DNA from: an uncultured Fidelibacterota bacterium
GTDB taxonomy: Bacteria; Fidelibacterota; Marinisomatia; Marinisomatales; UBA1611
Reading direction: 5' to 3'
Assembly (NCBI GenBank): GCA_913040915.1
Contig: CAJWHW010000010.1
Span: 1-58,472, forward strand
DNA: 58,472 bases
Shown: positions 14,301-23,320 of the stretch, in pieces
Layout: each line of letters opens with the position of its first letter
Position numbering within the stretch: the first letter of the stretch is position 1
Translations under genes and position numbers: made by a program
The notes under the pieces: generated by a model
What the model was told of the DNA's origin: nothing
The model's input: the letters and a program-made list of their open reading frames with translations, nothing else
Database searches by the model: none

Positions 14301-14634
14301 TCTCTTCTACTTCACGCTTTGATTTTACGCCCAAATCCTTTTCTACTTCTACCTCGACCCATAATCCTTGACAATCAAAACCATTCTGATATCTTAATTC
14401 GTAGCCATCCATAGATTTATATCGGTTATAAATATCTTTTAACGTTCGACCCCAAGCATGATGAACTCCCATCGGATTATTTGCAGTGATTGGTCCATCG
14501 ATAAAACTCCATTTAGGTTTGCCTGCGTTCAACTCCCGCCGCTTTTCGAAAATACTATTGTGTTCCCAAAATTCAAGGACATCATGTTCGGCAGCGATGA
14601 AATCAATCTTTGTATCTATTTTTCGAATAGTCAT
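11338..14634 (-). CDS. ileS: Isoleucyl-tRNA synthetase, type 2
   Basis: DGPITANNPMGVHH, GFDCQGL, VWTTTPWTL, GTGIVHMAPG, YPHCWR, DWMISKKRFWG, LSNWYVRRNRRRFW; long IleRS2-type C-terminus. Confidence 0.97.
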   Translation of the reverse strand: MTIRKIDTKIDFIAAEHDVLEFWEHNSIFEKRRELNAGKPKWSFIDGPITANNPMGVHHAWGRTLKDIYNRYKSMDGYELRYQNGFDCQGLWVEVEVEKDLGVKSKREVEEIGIEKFVNMCKDRVKKYSDIQTEQSKRLGYWMDWDNSYFTMSDENNYTIWSFLKKLWTEGKVYRGTDVVPWSGRSGSSYSQMEIIEGRKLVSHKSVFVRFPIKDRKNEYLLVWTTTPWTLTSNVVVGVNTNLDYVKIQAQDGSVYYFAQDNLEFKRLEKQFKEKKQWIEGVPKLKTIAQIFKERGGYKECGTIKGLELVGWEYVGPFDDLEAQHEPGGYPFVNEALEDKGITSAMLHRVVDPGKNSMGKDIVVAGEGTGIVHMAPGCGDIDHKIGKKLDLVNIAPLDAESKFINKFGWLTGKIATEKSTTEAIIDHLKKKGFLVHMEDYPHVYPHCWRSGDELVFRLVDEWYINMDWREKIKKIVDDINWIPAWGREREHEWLDNMGDWMISKKRFWGLALPIWTFEDGSFFIIGSKKELKELAVEGWQEFEQHSPHRPWIDKVKIKHPETGLIGTRIQDVGNPWLDAGIVPFSTLKYSTDKQYWKKWFPADFVTECFPGQFRNWFYSLLAMAAELEGQAPFKTLLGHALVKDETGRDMHKSWGNAIWFDDAAEKMGVDVMRWMYALQNVEHNLLFGYKAADEVRKKLITLWNVYSFYATYASVDGFNPEEHPLSECCLTILDKWILAKTHLLIKTGRVSLDEFRVDHFMKSFEIFLEELSNWYVRRNRRRFWKSEDDDDKNAAYATLYHVLKIIIKAISPILPFVSETIYQNLVRNSEKDSKQSVHICDYPIPDEIFIDLDLIRNVDALKKLVELGRSARNQSNQKIRQPLAKASYAMESDVIAAFVEENKDIILDELNVKSIERLTKAGQLISYNIKPNLRSLGQKYGKGLAEIKQLLDNSDAGDLVKQIQIYHKINFNDGEFVLNRDDIFIETIAEEGFVAASDSGITVGISLELTEDLILEGLVRDLVRTVQKMRKDAGFAVEDRIKISWDLDGQIARALGKFEEYFQNETLTNTIMEKLSNPDYSGSFEITDKTYSINLKRM

Positions 14635-14743
14635 AAACTAATTTAAATAAGTAAAAATATGACCGTGAAATTATCTCAATTGTGCCCCGTTAGTCACGGA
14701 TGTTTTATAATTAAAATACTCCTCAAAGAGATAACGTTTATAA

Positions 14744-16120
14744 TTAAAACTTTAGTGTATAGAATCGTGAGTTACCCTGATTTTTTTTAACCAATACAAG
14801 TATAGCGCCCTTTGATCTAGATTGATCAGCTAATCGTTGAAAATCACTGACTGATGTTACTTTATCCGTACCAACTCTTTTAATGATGTCACCCTCACGG
14901 ATACCTTTCTCATAAGCTTCACCTGATGGATCAATCCCAGTTACAACAAGAGCTTTTTCCTGCTCTAAATCATATTTTTTAATTAATGACTCATCGATTG
15001 GTTTTAATTCAAAACCAAAGTCTTCTGAATTAAATCTGCCTCGAATGGCTAATTTCATAGGATTTTCAGGTAACTCTTGCAAAATTACAGTTAGGACTTT
15101 TGGTGAACCATTTCTAATGACTTTTACATCATTACTGGTCTCTGGCGCTGTAAGAGAAACAACATTTTTTAAATTTGCCGGTCCTATAATCTTCTTCCCA
15201 CTAAATTCAACGATCACATCTCCTTCCTGTATCCCTCCATTATCAGCAGGACTTTCGCTTAAAACGTCTGTTATCAAAGCTCCATCTAGTGTACCAGTGT
15301 TAAGTAGTTCTGCTGTTTCGTGGGTTAATTCATCTATGATTACACCTAGCCAAGATCGAGTTACAAACCCTTTATCAATAAGATCTGACATGACTCTATT
15401 TGCCATGCTGGAAGGAATTGCAAAACCCACGCCTCTATTTGATCGGCCATATCCACCTGTAGCAATGGCAGTGTTAATCCCAATTAATTCTCCTTCCATA
15501 TTTAGTAAGGCACCTCCGCTATTTCCAGGGTTAATGGCTGCATCAGTCTGAATAAAATCCTCATAGCTCTGGGGATTCATAATATTACTTCTTCCTAATG
15601 CAGAAACGATTCCTGTGGTAACAGTGTGACTTAAATTTTCAGAGAATGGACTTCCTACAGCCATTACCCATTCACCTACACGAACCTCTTCTGAATCTCC
15701 CATTTGCAGTTGTTGTAGTTCAGTAGCATTGATTTGTAAAACAGCTAAATCAGTTTTGGGATCAGTGCCTATTATTTTTGCATCAAATTCACGTTTATCA
15801 ATTAATCGAACATGAATTTCATCCATATCAGCAACAACATGATTATTTGTAAGGATATAACCTTTTTCAGCATTAATAATTACACCTGAACCAAGTGCAT
15901 TTGTTTTGAATTCCTTCTGTCTGGGTTGGTTTGGCGAATAAAAGAAAAATCCGAAATCATCGTATTGATCTAAAGAAACTATCTTATCAGTAATAATTGT
16001 TACAACAGCAGGTTTAGCTTTTTCTGCAACATCTGCAAAAGCTTTGCTGAATTGTTTTACGACAGAGTTCTGAGCAAAAATAGCCGATATAAAAAAAATA
16101 ATTTTAAATAGTCTTCTCAT
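14744..16120 (-). CDS. Do/DegP/HtrA family periplasmic serine protease with two PDZ domains
   Basis: Signal peptide; LGSGVII, LTNNHVV, DLAVL, IQTDAAINPGNSGG. Confidence 0.96.
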   Translation of the reverse strand: MRRLFKIIFFISAIFAQNSVVKQFSKAFADVAEKAKPAVVTIITDKIVSLDQYDDFGFFFYSPNQPRQKEFKTNALGSGVIINAEKGYILTNNHVVADMDEIHVRLIDKREFDAKIIGTDPKTDLAVLQINATELQQLQMGDSEEVRVGEWVMAVGSPFSENLSHTVTTGIVSALGRSNIMNPQSYEDFIQTDAAINPGNSGGALLNMEGELIGINTAIATGGYGRSNRGVGFAIPSSMANRVMSDLIDKGFVTRSWLGVIIDELTHETAELLNTGTLDGALITDVLSESPADNGGIQEGDVIVEFSGKKIIGPANLKNVVSLTAPETSNDVKVIRNGSPKVLTVILQELPENPMKLAIRGRFNSEDFGFELKPIDESLIKKYDLEQEKALVVTGIDPSGEAYEKGIREGDIIKRVGTDKVTSVSDFQRLADQSRSKGAILVLVKKNQGNSRFYTLKF

Positions 16121-16178
16121 TGTGTTTATTATATTTTTTTCTTCTATGCTTAAGTGGGCAAGGTAGTTCCAAAAAAAT

Positions 16179-16213
16179 AAAAAAGCCCTCTCATTTTATC
16201 GAAAGGGCTTTTT
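16179..16213. terminator. Rho-independent terminator downstream of the large secreted-protein gene
   Basis: AAAAAAGCCCT-ctcattttatcgaa-AGGGCTTTTT inverted repeat with A/T tracts on both sides. Confidence 0.8.
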
Positions 16214-16231
16214 AAGTGAACTAAAAAAATA

Positions 16232-19200
16232 TCACTTTAAAAATAGCATTTTCTTTGTGGATTGATATTTATCAGTTTGAATTGCGAAAAAATACATTCC
16301 GGTTGCAACTTGGCTACCATTATCACTGGTACCATCCCAGACTAGAGTATGATAACCTGGAGTCAACTCCGTATTGGATAGAGTCCGAATCTTTTGCCCC
16401 AAAATATTAAAAATAGTCAGATTAACAACACTAGCTTCCGGCAAATCAAATCTGATTTCAGTGGAAGGGTTAAATGGATTCGGAAAATTCTGGTGTAGCA
16501 CAAATTCATCGGGAATAACCTTGACTTCTGATGAAGTCGTTCTGGACACTGTTTCAATTAATTGTCCATCTACACCAGCGATCTTATTACCGCCTAATGA
16601 TATATGCGTAACATCTTGTTTGTCTCCAATGAATTCTACCGGAATTGATAAGTACGAATTATTTTTTCCATTAATGCTGCCACCTCGTAGATTTGCAGCT
16701 ATAACTTTTATTTTACCATCTTCTTTTTCAGTGAAAGAAACCATTACATTTTCCTGTAAAACCGATAGTGACGGTGACAATACCTTTACTAAATCTGGAT
16801 CATATTCTAATTCAAATTCAATACCACGAACCGGACTACTATATTCAATATCAAAACCTAATTTAGAATTATTAAAATCAGTTTTTAGATCAATATATGC
16901 CAATTCGGATGGATCAAAACCTAATGTTCTTCCCATTCCGCCAAAAATAATATCTATCATCATTATAATATCAGCAATATTTATTTCTTCATCATTATTG
17001 AGGTCACAATTACGAGTTTGGTCTTCTGACGGTATTTCCTGTTCTAGAATAAAGTCTATGGCTGATAACACATCAGAAATGTCTACATCACTATCAAAAT
17101 CAGCATCACCATAGGTAAAGGGGACTGCACAGATTGTATTGGATGCTCTAGATTCCAATTGACCATATCCTCCATCAGATGGATCTCCAGTATCCCAGAA
17201 TGCTCTTACATTATAACAATACTCTAAATAGTTCGGACTAGCATCAACAGTGGCAAAAGTATCTACTGTGGCAACTAAAAATGTTTCATCTCCATTAGAA
17301 TCAATTTCATATACTCTATATTCAAGTAATTCATTATCACGATTATCAAATATGTTAATTGGCGAAATAAAAACAGGATGTGTAGGTTCACTTGAAAAAT
17401 TTATTGGTGTTAGATTACTGGTACTAGCCATTAAGGATGCATTAATATTGGTAGAGTTGTAATCAATAGGGGGAGTATTATCAACTGAAGATAAAGTTCT
17501 TACACCTCCACCATAGGACATTACATGTACTGCCATCATATAATCACCCCCATAGCCTAAATAGTCACCATAGTTCCATTCACCATCATAAAGTGTTATC
17601 ATATTTTCAGCATAATCAACACTTGCATCAACACCAAACCCCTCTAGGTCCGTCCAACCAGTGGAATGCGAAATAAGAACATAGACCGCACCATCTAATC
17701 CTGATAAATCTGGATAGATCGTGGCCCACCCATCTTCCGCAATTGATTCTTCATCGTGCAATAGGTTACCAGGGTAACCATTATTATCATCAAATATTAA
17801 TATCCTTACTGGACCGTGTGTGGCATCTGGCCATGGCCAGAATTCATCACCTTCAGATAATATTTTTATGGATGCGCCTAAAACATCAAAACCACCACCT
17901 ACATCAAAACGCATTCCATGGGCAAATCCATCCTCATAAGTATCAAAAAAGTAGAATGCAGTAGATAGGATCCCATCATCATATTGAATTGTTAATTCTT
18001 CACCATCTCCGGGTGTACGCCACTCAAGATAAACCTGTTCATCAAGCGGTGTCCCTTCAAGGCCTGCAGGCTTTGGCATATCAGGCGAAAGCATAACATC
18101 TAATATAGTGGGTTCAGCTTGTGCCAACACTAATGTATCTATACTGACGGTTGAAAAACCAAAACGTGATAAGGTGACAGTCTGAGATCCAGTGTTTAAA
18201 TTCCAGAGGGTATAGGTACCATTTTGATCTGTTGTATCAGAAAAGTCTCCAGAAGAAACAACTACACTATCCAAGGTTGATCCATTTGGATCTGTAATAA
18301 CTCCGGTAATATCACCATATAAGAAAGTAGGTGAAGCACTAACTGTAATTATTTCACTTTCATCAGTTTCATTTTCATTAACAAAGTATACAGCACTCAC
18401 ACCAAGTTCATAGGTCACATTATTTGTAAGACCATCAACAGAATAATTTCTGAGTTGTATGATACTACTATTATGTTGAGTGCCATCAACATAGGCATTG
18501 TAACCAATTAAATCACCAGCTACAACTGTTGTATCTACTTCAAAAGTAGTAGTTCCTGTTTCACCAGTTTCAATTGTCCAATTTAAATATTCTTCTTCGT
18601 TACTAGCATTTGTTACAATTAAGCTGTTACCATTCCAACCATCACCCCATGAATCATAACCATTGACACTGTAAACGCCATGATCTAGTGATGCAGTCTC
18701 TAAGTATGGAGCTCCGCCTGAAGCAACAATTGTTCCAGATTCATCAAATATTTCCCAAGTCACTTCCGTCTGCCAAGAGCCTCCATCACACTCAATCGTG
18801 ACTGGTACGGACCTTGAGTTACGAGAGTAATCTGGATGTACGATAGATGGAGCTGGCTCTTGATGCGATTCTGTTGTTCCATATACTTCATATTTATTAA
18901 TATTTTGTAATTCTGTTTGGTTGTTTAATTTATTTAAATCTGTGATACCAGGCCGGAATGCATCAGAAGTTCTATTAGATGCTGTGGCACTAACTATCAA
19001 ATTATATTCTCCAAAAGACGTGGTACCATATCCGTCTACAATTAAAAAATAAGTACCTGAAAGTCCTGTTCCACTAATCTCAGATTGGAGACCTGTTTCA
19101 CAACCATCATCATCAAATGCAACTTGAGTTTCACAGTTAGAGCCAAAAAGAATTAAGTAAGTGTCCCAAGTATTACCGCAAAGTGAAAAATTAACATCAA

Positions 19201-19504
19201 GATTTCCATCTACAAAAAACTCATATACTACGTCTGGGCCATTTGCTGAGAAGCCATTTACGTAATCATTTTCAAAAGTGGCTGTTGATCCATTGAAGGT
19301 TTCAGTAAACCCATCAGTAATCGTTCCACCCTGAATTGGTGATGCGCATGTTTCACCTTCAGATATTTGCACTCCAGGAATTTCCCAATATAATGTAACT
19401 TCTTCATCGCCTTCAACAGCTGACAGATATGTAGGTGGATCTTGTGCAAAAAGCGAAACGCTAAATATGATAAGTAAAGAATAGTATGAAAAATTCTTAA
19501 GCAC
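16232..19504 (-). CDS. Large acidic secreted multidomain protein: PPC-like, FN3-like and carboxypeptidase-regulatory-like domains, dockerin, cohesin-like domain, FlgD/T9SS-type C-terminal domain
   Basis: GTG start with SD AGGAG; signal peptide; duplicated Ca-loops GDADFDSDVDISDV / CDLNNDEEINIADI; C-terminus LHQNFPNPFNPSTEIRFDLP...WDGTSDNGSQVATGMYF...KKMLFLK. Confidence 0.85.
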   Translation of the reverse strand: MLKNFSYYSLLIIFSVSLFAQDPPTYLSAVEGDEEVTLYWEIPGVQISEGETCASPIQGGTITDGFTETFNGSTATFENDYVNGFSANGPDVVYEFFVDGNLDVNFSLCGNTWDTYLILFGSNCETQVAFDDDGCETGLQSEISGTGLSGTYFLIVDGYGTTSFGEYNLIVSATASNRTSDAFRPGITDLNKLNNQTELQNINKYEVYGTTESHQEPAPSIVHPDYSRNSRSVPVTIECDGGSWQTEVTWEIFDESGTIVASGGAPYLETASLDHGVYSVNGYDSWGDGWNGNSLIVTNASNEEEYLNWTIETGETGTTTFEVDTTVVAGDLIGYNAYVDGTQHNSSIIQLRNYSVDGLTNNVTYELGVSAVYFVNENETDESEIITVSASPTFLYGDITGVITDPNGSTLDSVVVSSGDFSDTTDQNGTYTLWNLNTGSQTVTLSRFGFSTVSIDTLVLAQAEPTILDVMLSPDMPKPAGLEGTPLDEQVYLEWRTPGDGEELTIQYDDGILSTAFYFFDTYEDGFAHGMRFDVGGGFDVLGASIKILSEGDEFWPWPDATHGPVRILIFDDNNGYPGNLLHDEESIAEDGWATIYPDLSGLDGAVYVLISHSTGWTDLEGFGVDASVDYAENMITLYDGEWNYGDYLGYGGDYMMAVHVMSYGGGVRTLSSVDNTPPIDYNSTNINASLMASTSNLTPINFSSEPTHPVFISPINIFDNRDNELLEYRVYEIDSNGDETFLVATVDTFATVDASPNYLEYCYNVRAFWDTGDPSDGGYGQLESRASNTICAVPFTYGDADFDSDVDISDVLSAIDFILEQEIPSEDQTRNCDLNNDEEINIADIIMMIDIIFGGMGRTLGFDPSELAYIDLKTDFNNSKLGFDIEYSSPVRGIEFELEYDPDLVKVLSPSLSVLQENVMVSFTEKEDGKIKVIAANLRGGSINGKNNSYLSIPVEFIGDKQDVTHISLGGNKIAGVDGQLIETVSRTTSSEVKVIPDEFVLHQNFPNPFNPSTEIRFDLPEASVVNLTIFNILGQKIRTLSNTELTPGYHTLVWDGTSDNGSQVATGMYFFAIQTDKYQSTKKMLFLK

Positions 19505-19702
19505 AATAATGTCTCCTGATTATAATCAATTGAAATTAAGTAGTTGGTTCAATATAATCGTGAACTTTGTATATGTAAATTTAGTGACTCTCGTCTTGAA
19601 TTCAATCATTTTTATATTAAAGAACTACAAATATGGCATCAAAGCAATCATATAAATGCAATTAGTACTACAGAATTTTTTTAAACTAAATGAATTCTTT
19701 AG

Positions 19703-22681
19703 TTATAGGCTACGTTGAAAACTAAAAATCCAATTATTTTTTTCAATTCTTATAACTCCATCATCATAAATAAAAAATGGTAAATCAACTCTAAGAAAAA
19801 GATCTTTCTCAAATAATTTAGTTTTTATTCTTGTTCCCAACCCTAAATCGCCCAATACTCTTTCAAAATATTTATTGGGGTTATCAATAGGCCGCCATAT
19901 AGCTCTATTTTTATCCCAAAATATTCCTACATCACCAAATATTGTGAATTGAAAATTTATTTTATAAAATGACTGTGATATGCTTAATTCAGATGATTGA
20001 GCAATCAACGCATCAGCACCCCTTCTATTTTCACTAACAAAACCACGGATATTACCTTCTCCAGGCATATGATAATGACTAATTAATGAATCACCATCAA
20101 AGATTTCTATTCCATAGAATTGGTCCACCAAATAATTTTTTCTAAGAAGGTCACTTGAGCTATTCCCTTCAATGTTATAACCTTCCTGACCTGGCACACC
20201 ACTACTACCAGCCCAAATTTTCCCCATAATGAATCTGTTATTAAAGCTGAATTTTTTGAAAGATTGTGAAAAATATGCGGTAGTTGTCATCCGAGTAAAA
20301 TTCCAGTCTGATAAATTACCCAAACTGGAAGCTCCATTTATACTAAAGCTGAAGGAACCTATTTTTGATGACCAATCTATATATCCTACACCAAGTTTAC
20401 CATCAGAGTTGTAGCCTAATTTCTTTGCATATGTACGGTTATATTCAGGCTGAACATAAAACCCTAGAGAAAAATTATGAGTAGGTGTCCTACCATAAGC
20501 TCTGTTCCATTTTTTCTCAATTTCGCCTCCTATCTCCTTCACACCTGGTCTATTAAATGCCCAGAAGTGAAAAGTAGTTCTAGGGAAATAATGAACAGGT
20601 TCGCGCCACCCACCTATGTACCAGAATAATTCTTTTGACTCTAAGCCGTAATTTGCACGTATAGTGGTTCCTTCATATTGCCCATAATCATAATCCAGCG
20701 TAATACCGGGCGCAAGACCAATGGTTTTTTCTTGGTAATAAAAATTTGGAATCCAGCGAATTACATATTCATCTCGCGGATTATACCATAGTCCTGGCCA
20801 ATCAAAAAGAATCTTCCTTTTCATAGCAGTGGTATTATTACGATAGTCTAAGTCTACCGTTTGGACATCAGGATCAATTGTAACCTTAACGGGTTTTTTA
20901 TCCACTGTGTAAATAAATGTATCTTCATAACGCCAGAGATGATTTTCCCACCAGCGACGGTCTTTTGTACCATCTTTAAATGTAGTTTCAACCAAAAGCG
21001 GAATAAATCTTTTTCCTATACAATCAATGCCTAGCTCGATTGTCCAACTTCCATTTTTGTTCTGCGATTTATTAAACGATTTAATTCCATAATCCAAGTG
21101 ATGCGTGGTATGAAGCCAGGCATCAAAAAACCAATCTAGTTCTTGCCCTGTAAATTCTTCAACTGCTTCCACAAATCGCTCTTCATTAACATGTTTCAGT
21201 TTCCATTTATTATAATAATGCTGTAGGGCAGCATAATAAACTGAATCTCCTAAAAAGTATTTTAGCTCTGTTAACATCAATGCGGGCTTTGTATAGGCAT
21301 TCCGACCATAAGCAAAACCATTATTAAAAAGATGCGAAGGACGGCTGATATTTTCATCATGGCCACTGCGCATAAACCGTATTACTCGCCACTGATCCGA
21401 ATGTAAGTCATTTTCTAATGGCCAATATTTTTTTGGAAATTTCTCATAATCGTCATAAAGAGATAAATCAAAACCCTGATTGCCATAGCGCTCCATCAAA
21501 TAGTGAGTTGTTTGTGTTGTAGTAAATCCTTCATCTAACCATGCTTCATCTACTTCATCATTTGCGAGTATTCCATAGAAGTAGATATGACCGTACTCAT
21601 GCACAATCAACCCTTCATCATCTCTTCCGTTCATAACTAGCATAGGGTATTCCATCCCACCGGGTTTCATACGATCAGTAGTGGTGACCTGCGGGTAGGG
21701 ATATTCTCCAAATTTTTCTTCTAGCCAAGCCATGGCATTGATAGACCGTTCTAATACTACTTTGGTCCACTTATCACCTCGATCTTTATCATACAGTACA
21801 TGAACATCAATATTTTCATATTTTCCACCTTCATACAGAAAATTTCTAGATGCAACCCAAGCAAAATCATGTACGTTTTCAGCAAGGAAAGTTACATTTC
21901 TTCTTTCAGTTGAATCCGGCTCTACATATGTTGAATCAAATATATCAATCCAAATATCATAATCTAAAGATGTGTCCACTTTCACTGACTCCCACCCAGG
22001 ATCACCGTTTGTTACAATGCCTGATGCAGCAATAATGAATGTTTTAGGTAAATCAAACTTGACATTAAAATCTCCAAATTCACCATAAAATTCACCTTCG
22101 GCATGGAAAACATTTGCATGCCAGCCATCTTGATCATAGACAACCAGTTTAGGATACCATTGAGCCATATTGTACTGCCCTCTGTAGTAACCAGCCCGTT
22201 CCACCATTTCACCTATATGATGTGTCCACCTTATATCTATTCTAATGGATTCATTAGGAGCTAATTTTTGCAATAAAATTGCTTTGAGAATAGTATCATC
22301 AATGGAATATTCTTTCAGTATCGGTTTTTTCTTTTGTGCGATATTGAAATCATGTATTTCAATTTTACTGGTGAATCCATCTAATCGATCTTTAAAATAT
22401 TTTGCTCGCGAAGCACGCCCCGCATTTCCTATATATTCACGATATTTTACTGAATTTAATTGAAACGCGTTCGGGTAAAGGTGCATATAAATCCTATCTA
22501 AAGTATCAGGAGAGTTATTTGTATAGCGGATCTTAGAAAAACCTGTCAATTGCTGTGCAGAGTCAATGAGAGTGATATCCATTTCATAATCGACTTTTTG
22601 TTGCCAATATCCATCAAGCGGATCTGCAATTAATCGGGTGAACAAGATTATAGGATAAACTAAAATTAATAAATATTTCAT
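19703..22681 (-). CDS. Exported M1 family zinc aminopeptidase with C-terminal Omp85-like beta-barrel
   Basis: Signal peptide, YWQQKVDY, GGMEYP, HEYGH-x18-E (AWLDEG); the last ~355 aa are amphipathic strands with GNIRGF, FGDVG, DLGLGTR, LRVDLP and terminal WIFSFQRSL. Confidence 0.88.
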   Translation of the reverse strand: MKYLLILVYPIILFTRLIADPLDGYWQQKVDYEMDITLIDSAQQLTGFSKIRYTNNSPDTLDRIYMHLYPNAFQLNSVKYREYIGNAGRASRAKYFKDRLDGFTSKIEIHDFNIAQKKKPILKEYSIDDTILKAILLQKLAPNESIRIDIRWTHHIGEMVERAGYYRGQYNMAQWYPKLVVYDQDGWHANVFHAEGEFYGEFGDFNVKFDLPKTFIIAASGIVTNGDPGWESVKVDTSLDYDIWIDIFDSTYVEPDSTERRNVTFLAENVHDFAWVASRNFLYEGGKYENIDVHVLYDKDRGDKWTKVVLERSINAMAWLEEKFGEYPYPQVTTTDRMKPGGMEYPMLVMNGRDDEGLIVHEYGHIYFYGILANDEVDEAWLDEGFTTTQTTHYLMERYGNQGFDLSLYDDYEKFPKKYWPLENDLHSDQWRVIRFMRSGHDENISRPSHLFNNGFAYGRNAYTKPALMLTELKYFLGDSVYYAALQHYYNKWKLKHVNEERFVEAVEEFTGQELDWFFDAWLHTTHHLDYGIKSFNKSQNKNGSWTIELGIDCIGKRFIPLLVETTFKDGTKDRRWWENHLWRYEDTFIYTVDKKPVKVTIDPDVQTVDLDYRNNTTAMKRKILFDWPGLWYNPRDEYVIRWIPNFYYQEKTIGLAPGITLDYDYGQYEGTTIRANYGLESKELFWYIGGWREPVHYFPRTTFHFWAFNRPGVKEIGGEIEKKWNRAYGRTPTHNFSLGFYVQPEYNRTYAKKLGYNSDGKLGVGYIDWSSKIGSFSFSINGASSLGNLSDWNFTRMTTTAYFSQSFKKFSFNNRFIMGKIWAGSSGVPGQEGYNIEGNSSSDLLRKNYLVDQFYGIEIFDGDSLISHYHMPGEGNIRGFVSENRRGADALIAQSSELSISQSFYKINFQFTIFGDVGIFWDKNRAIWRPIDNPNKYFERVLGDLGLGTRIKTKLFEKDLFLRVDLPFFIYDDGVIRIEKNNWIFSFQRSL

Positions 22682-22717
22682 GAAATAATTTAGAGTGAAT
22701 TTCCTTAATCTATTAAT

Positions 22718-23305
22718 TTAAAGAAATGGCTGGAGATCTTTAGCAAATACACTTTCTGGTCTTGGGCCTACATATTTTTTTTGAATTAACCCCTCCCGAT
22801 CAATAATAAACGTTGTGGGTATCCCATTTATTCTCTGACCTGTTACTTGACCATATTTTGCAGTAACAAACTGAGTTTCATTCCCTTCAATATCAGTTAA
22901 TAATGTATAGTTAATACCCCATTTATCAGCAAAAGCCTGTATGTTTTCTGGTGGTCCAGAAGTCAATGTGACACCCACAATTTCAAGCCCTTCTTTATGG
23001 TATTTTTCCACTAGATTGATGAATGTAGGGATCTCTACCCGACATGGACCACACCAAGTCCCCCAAAAGTTAAGCAATACTACCTTACCTTTCATATCCG
23101 CTAAAGATACCCAATTTCCTTCCAGGTCAGCTAAAGTAAAGTTCGGGGCAAGAACCGAATTATTCTTTTTAGTTGTAGCCTTATCTAATACTCTCTCAGC
23201 AGGCTTATTTTTTATTTTTTTCCCATTTTGTTGGGCATTGCTATTGCCACAACCAATAACAAAAAATGTTAAAAAAAGAATAAAGGATAAAATTTGTTTA
23301 AACAT
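22718..23305 (-). CDS. TlpA/ResA-like thiol-disulfide oxidoreductase, lipoprotein
   Basis: Lipobox VIGC; APNFTL, LLNFWGTWCGPC, GIPTTFIID. Confidence 0.93.
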   Translation of the reverse strand: MFKQILSFILFLTFFVIGCGNSNAQQNGKKIKNKPAERVLDKATTKKNNSVLAPNFTLADLEGNWVSLADMKGKVVLLNFWGTWCGPCRVEIPTFINLVEKYHKEGLEIVGVTLTSGPPENIQAFADKWGINYTLLTDIEGNETQFVTAKYGQVTGQRINGIPTTFIIDREGLIQKKYVGPRPESVFAKDLQPFL

Positions 23306-23320
23306 ATATCTATATCAATT

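Noticed and set aside
14663..14699. CCGTGA...TCACGG inverted repeat upstream of ileS as a T-box or attenuator
   Set aside because: Only a 6-bp stem, no T-box consensus, and the spacer is too short
15045..17114. Long plus-strand ORFs 15045-15551 (168 aa) and 16374-17114 (246 aa)
   Set aside because: Fully antisense to well-supported genes; Ser/Ile-rich composition typical of reverse-frame shadows; no motifs
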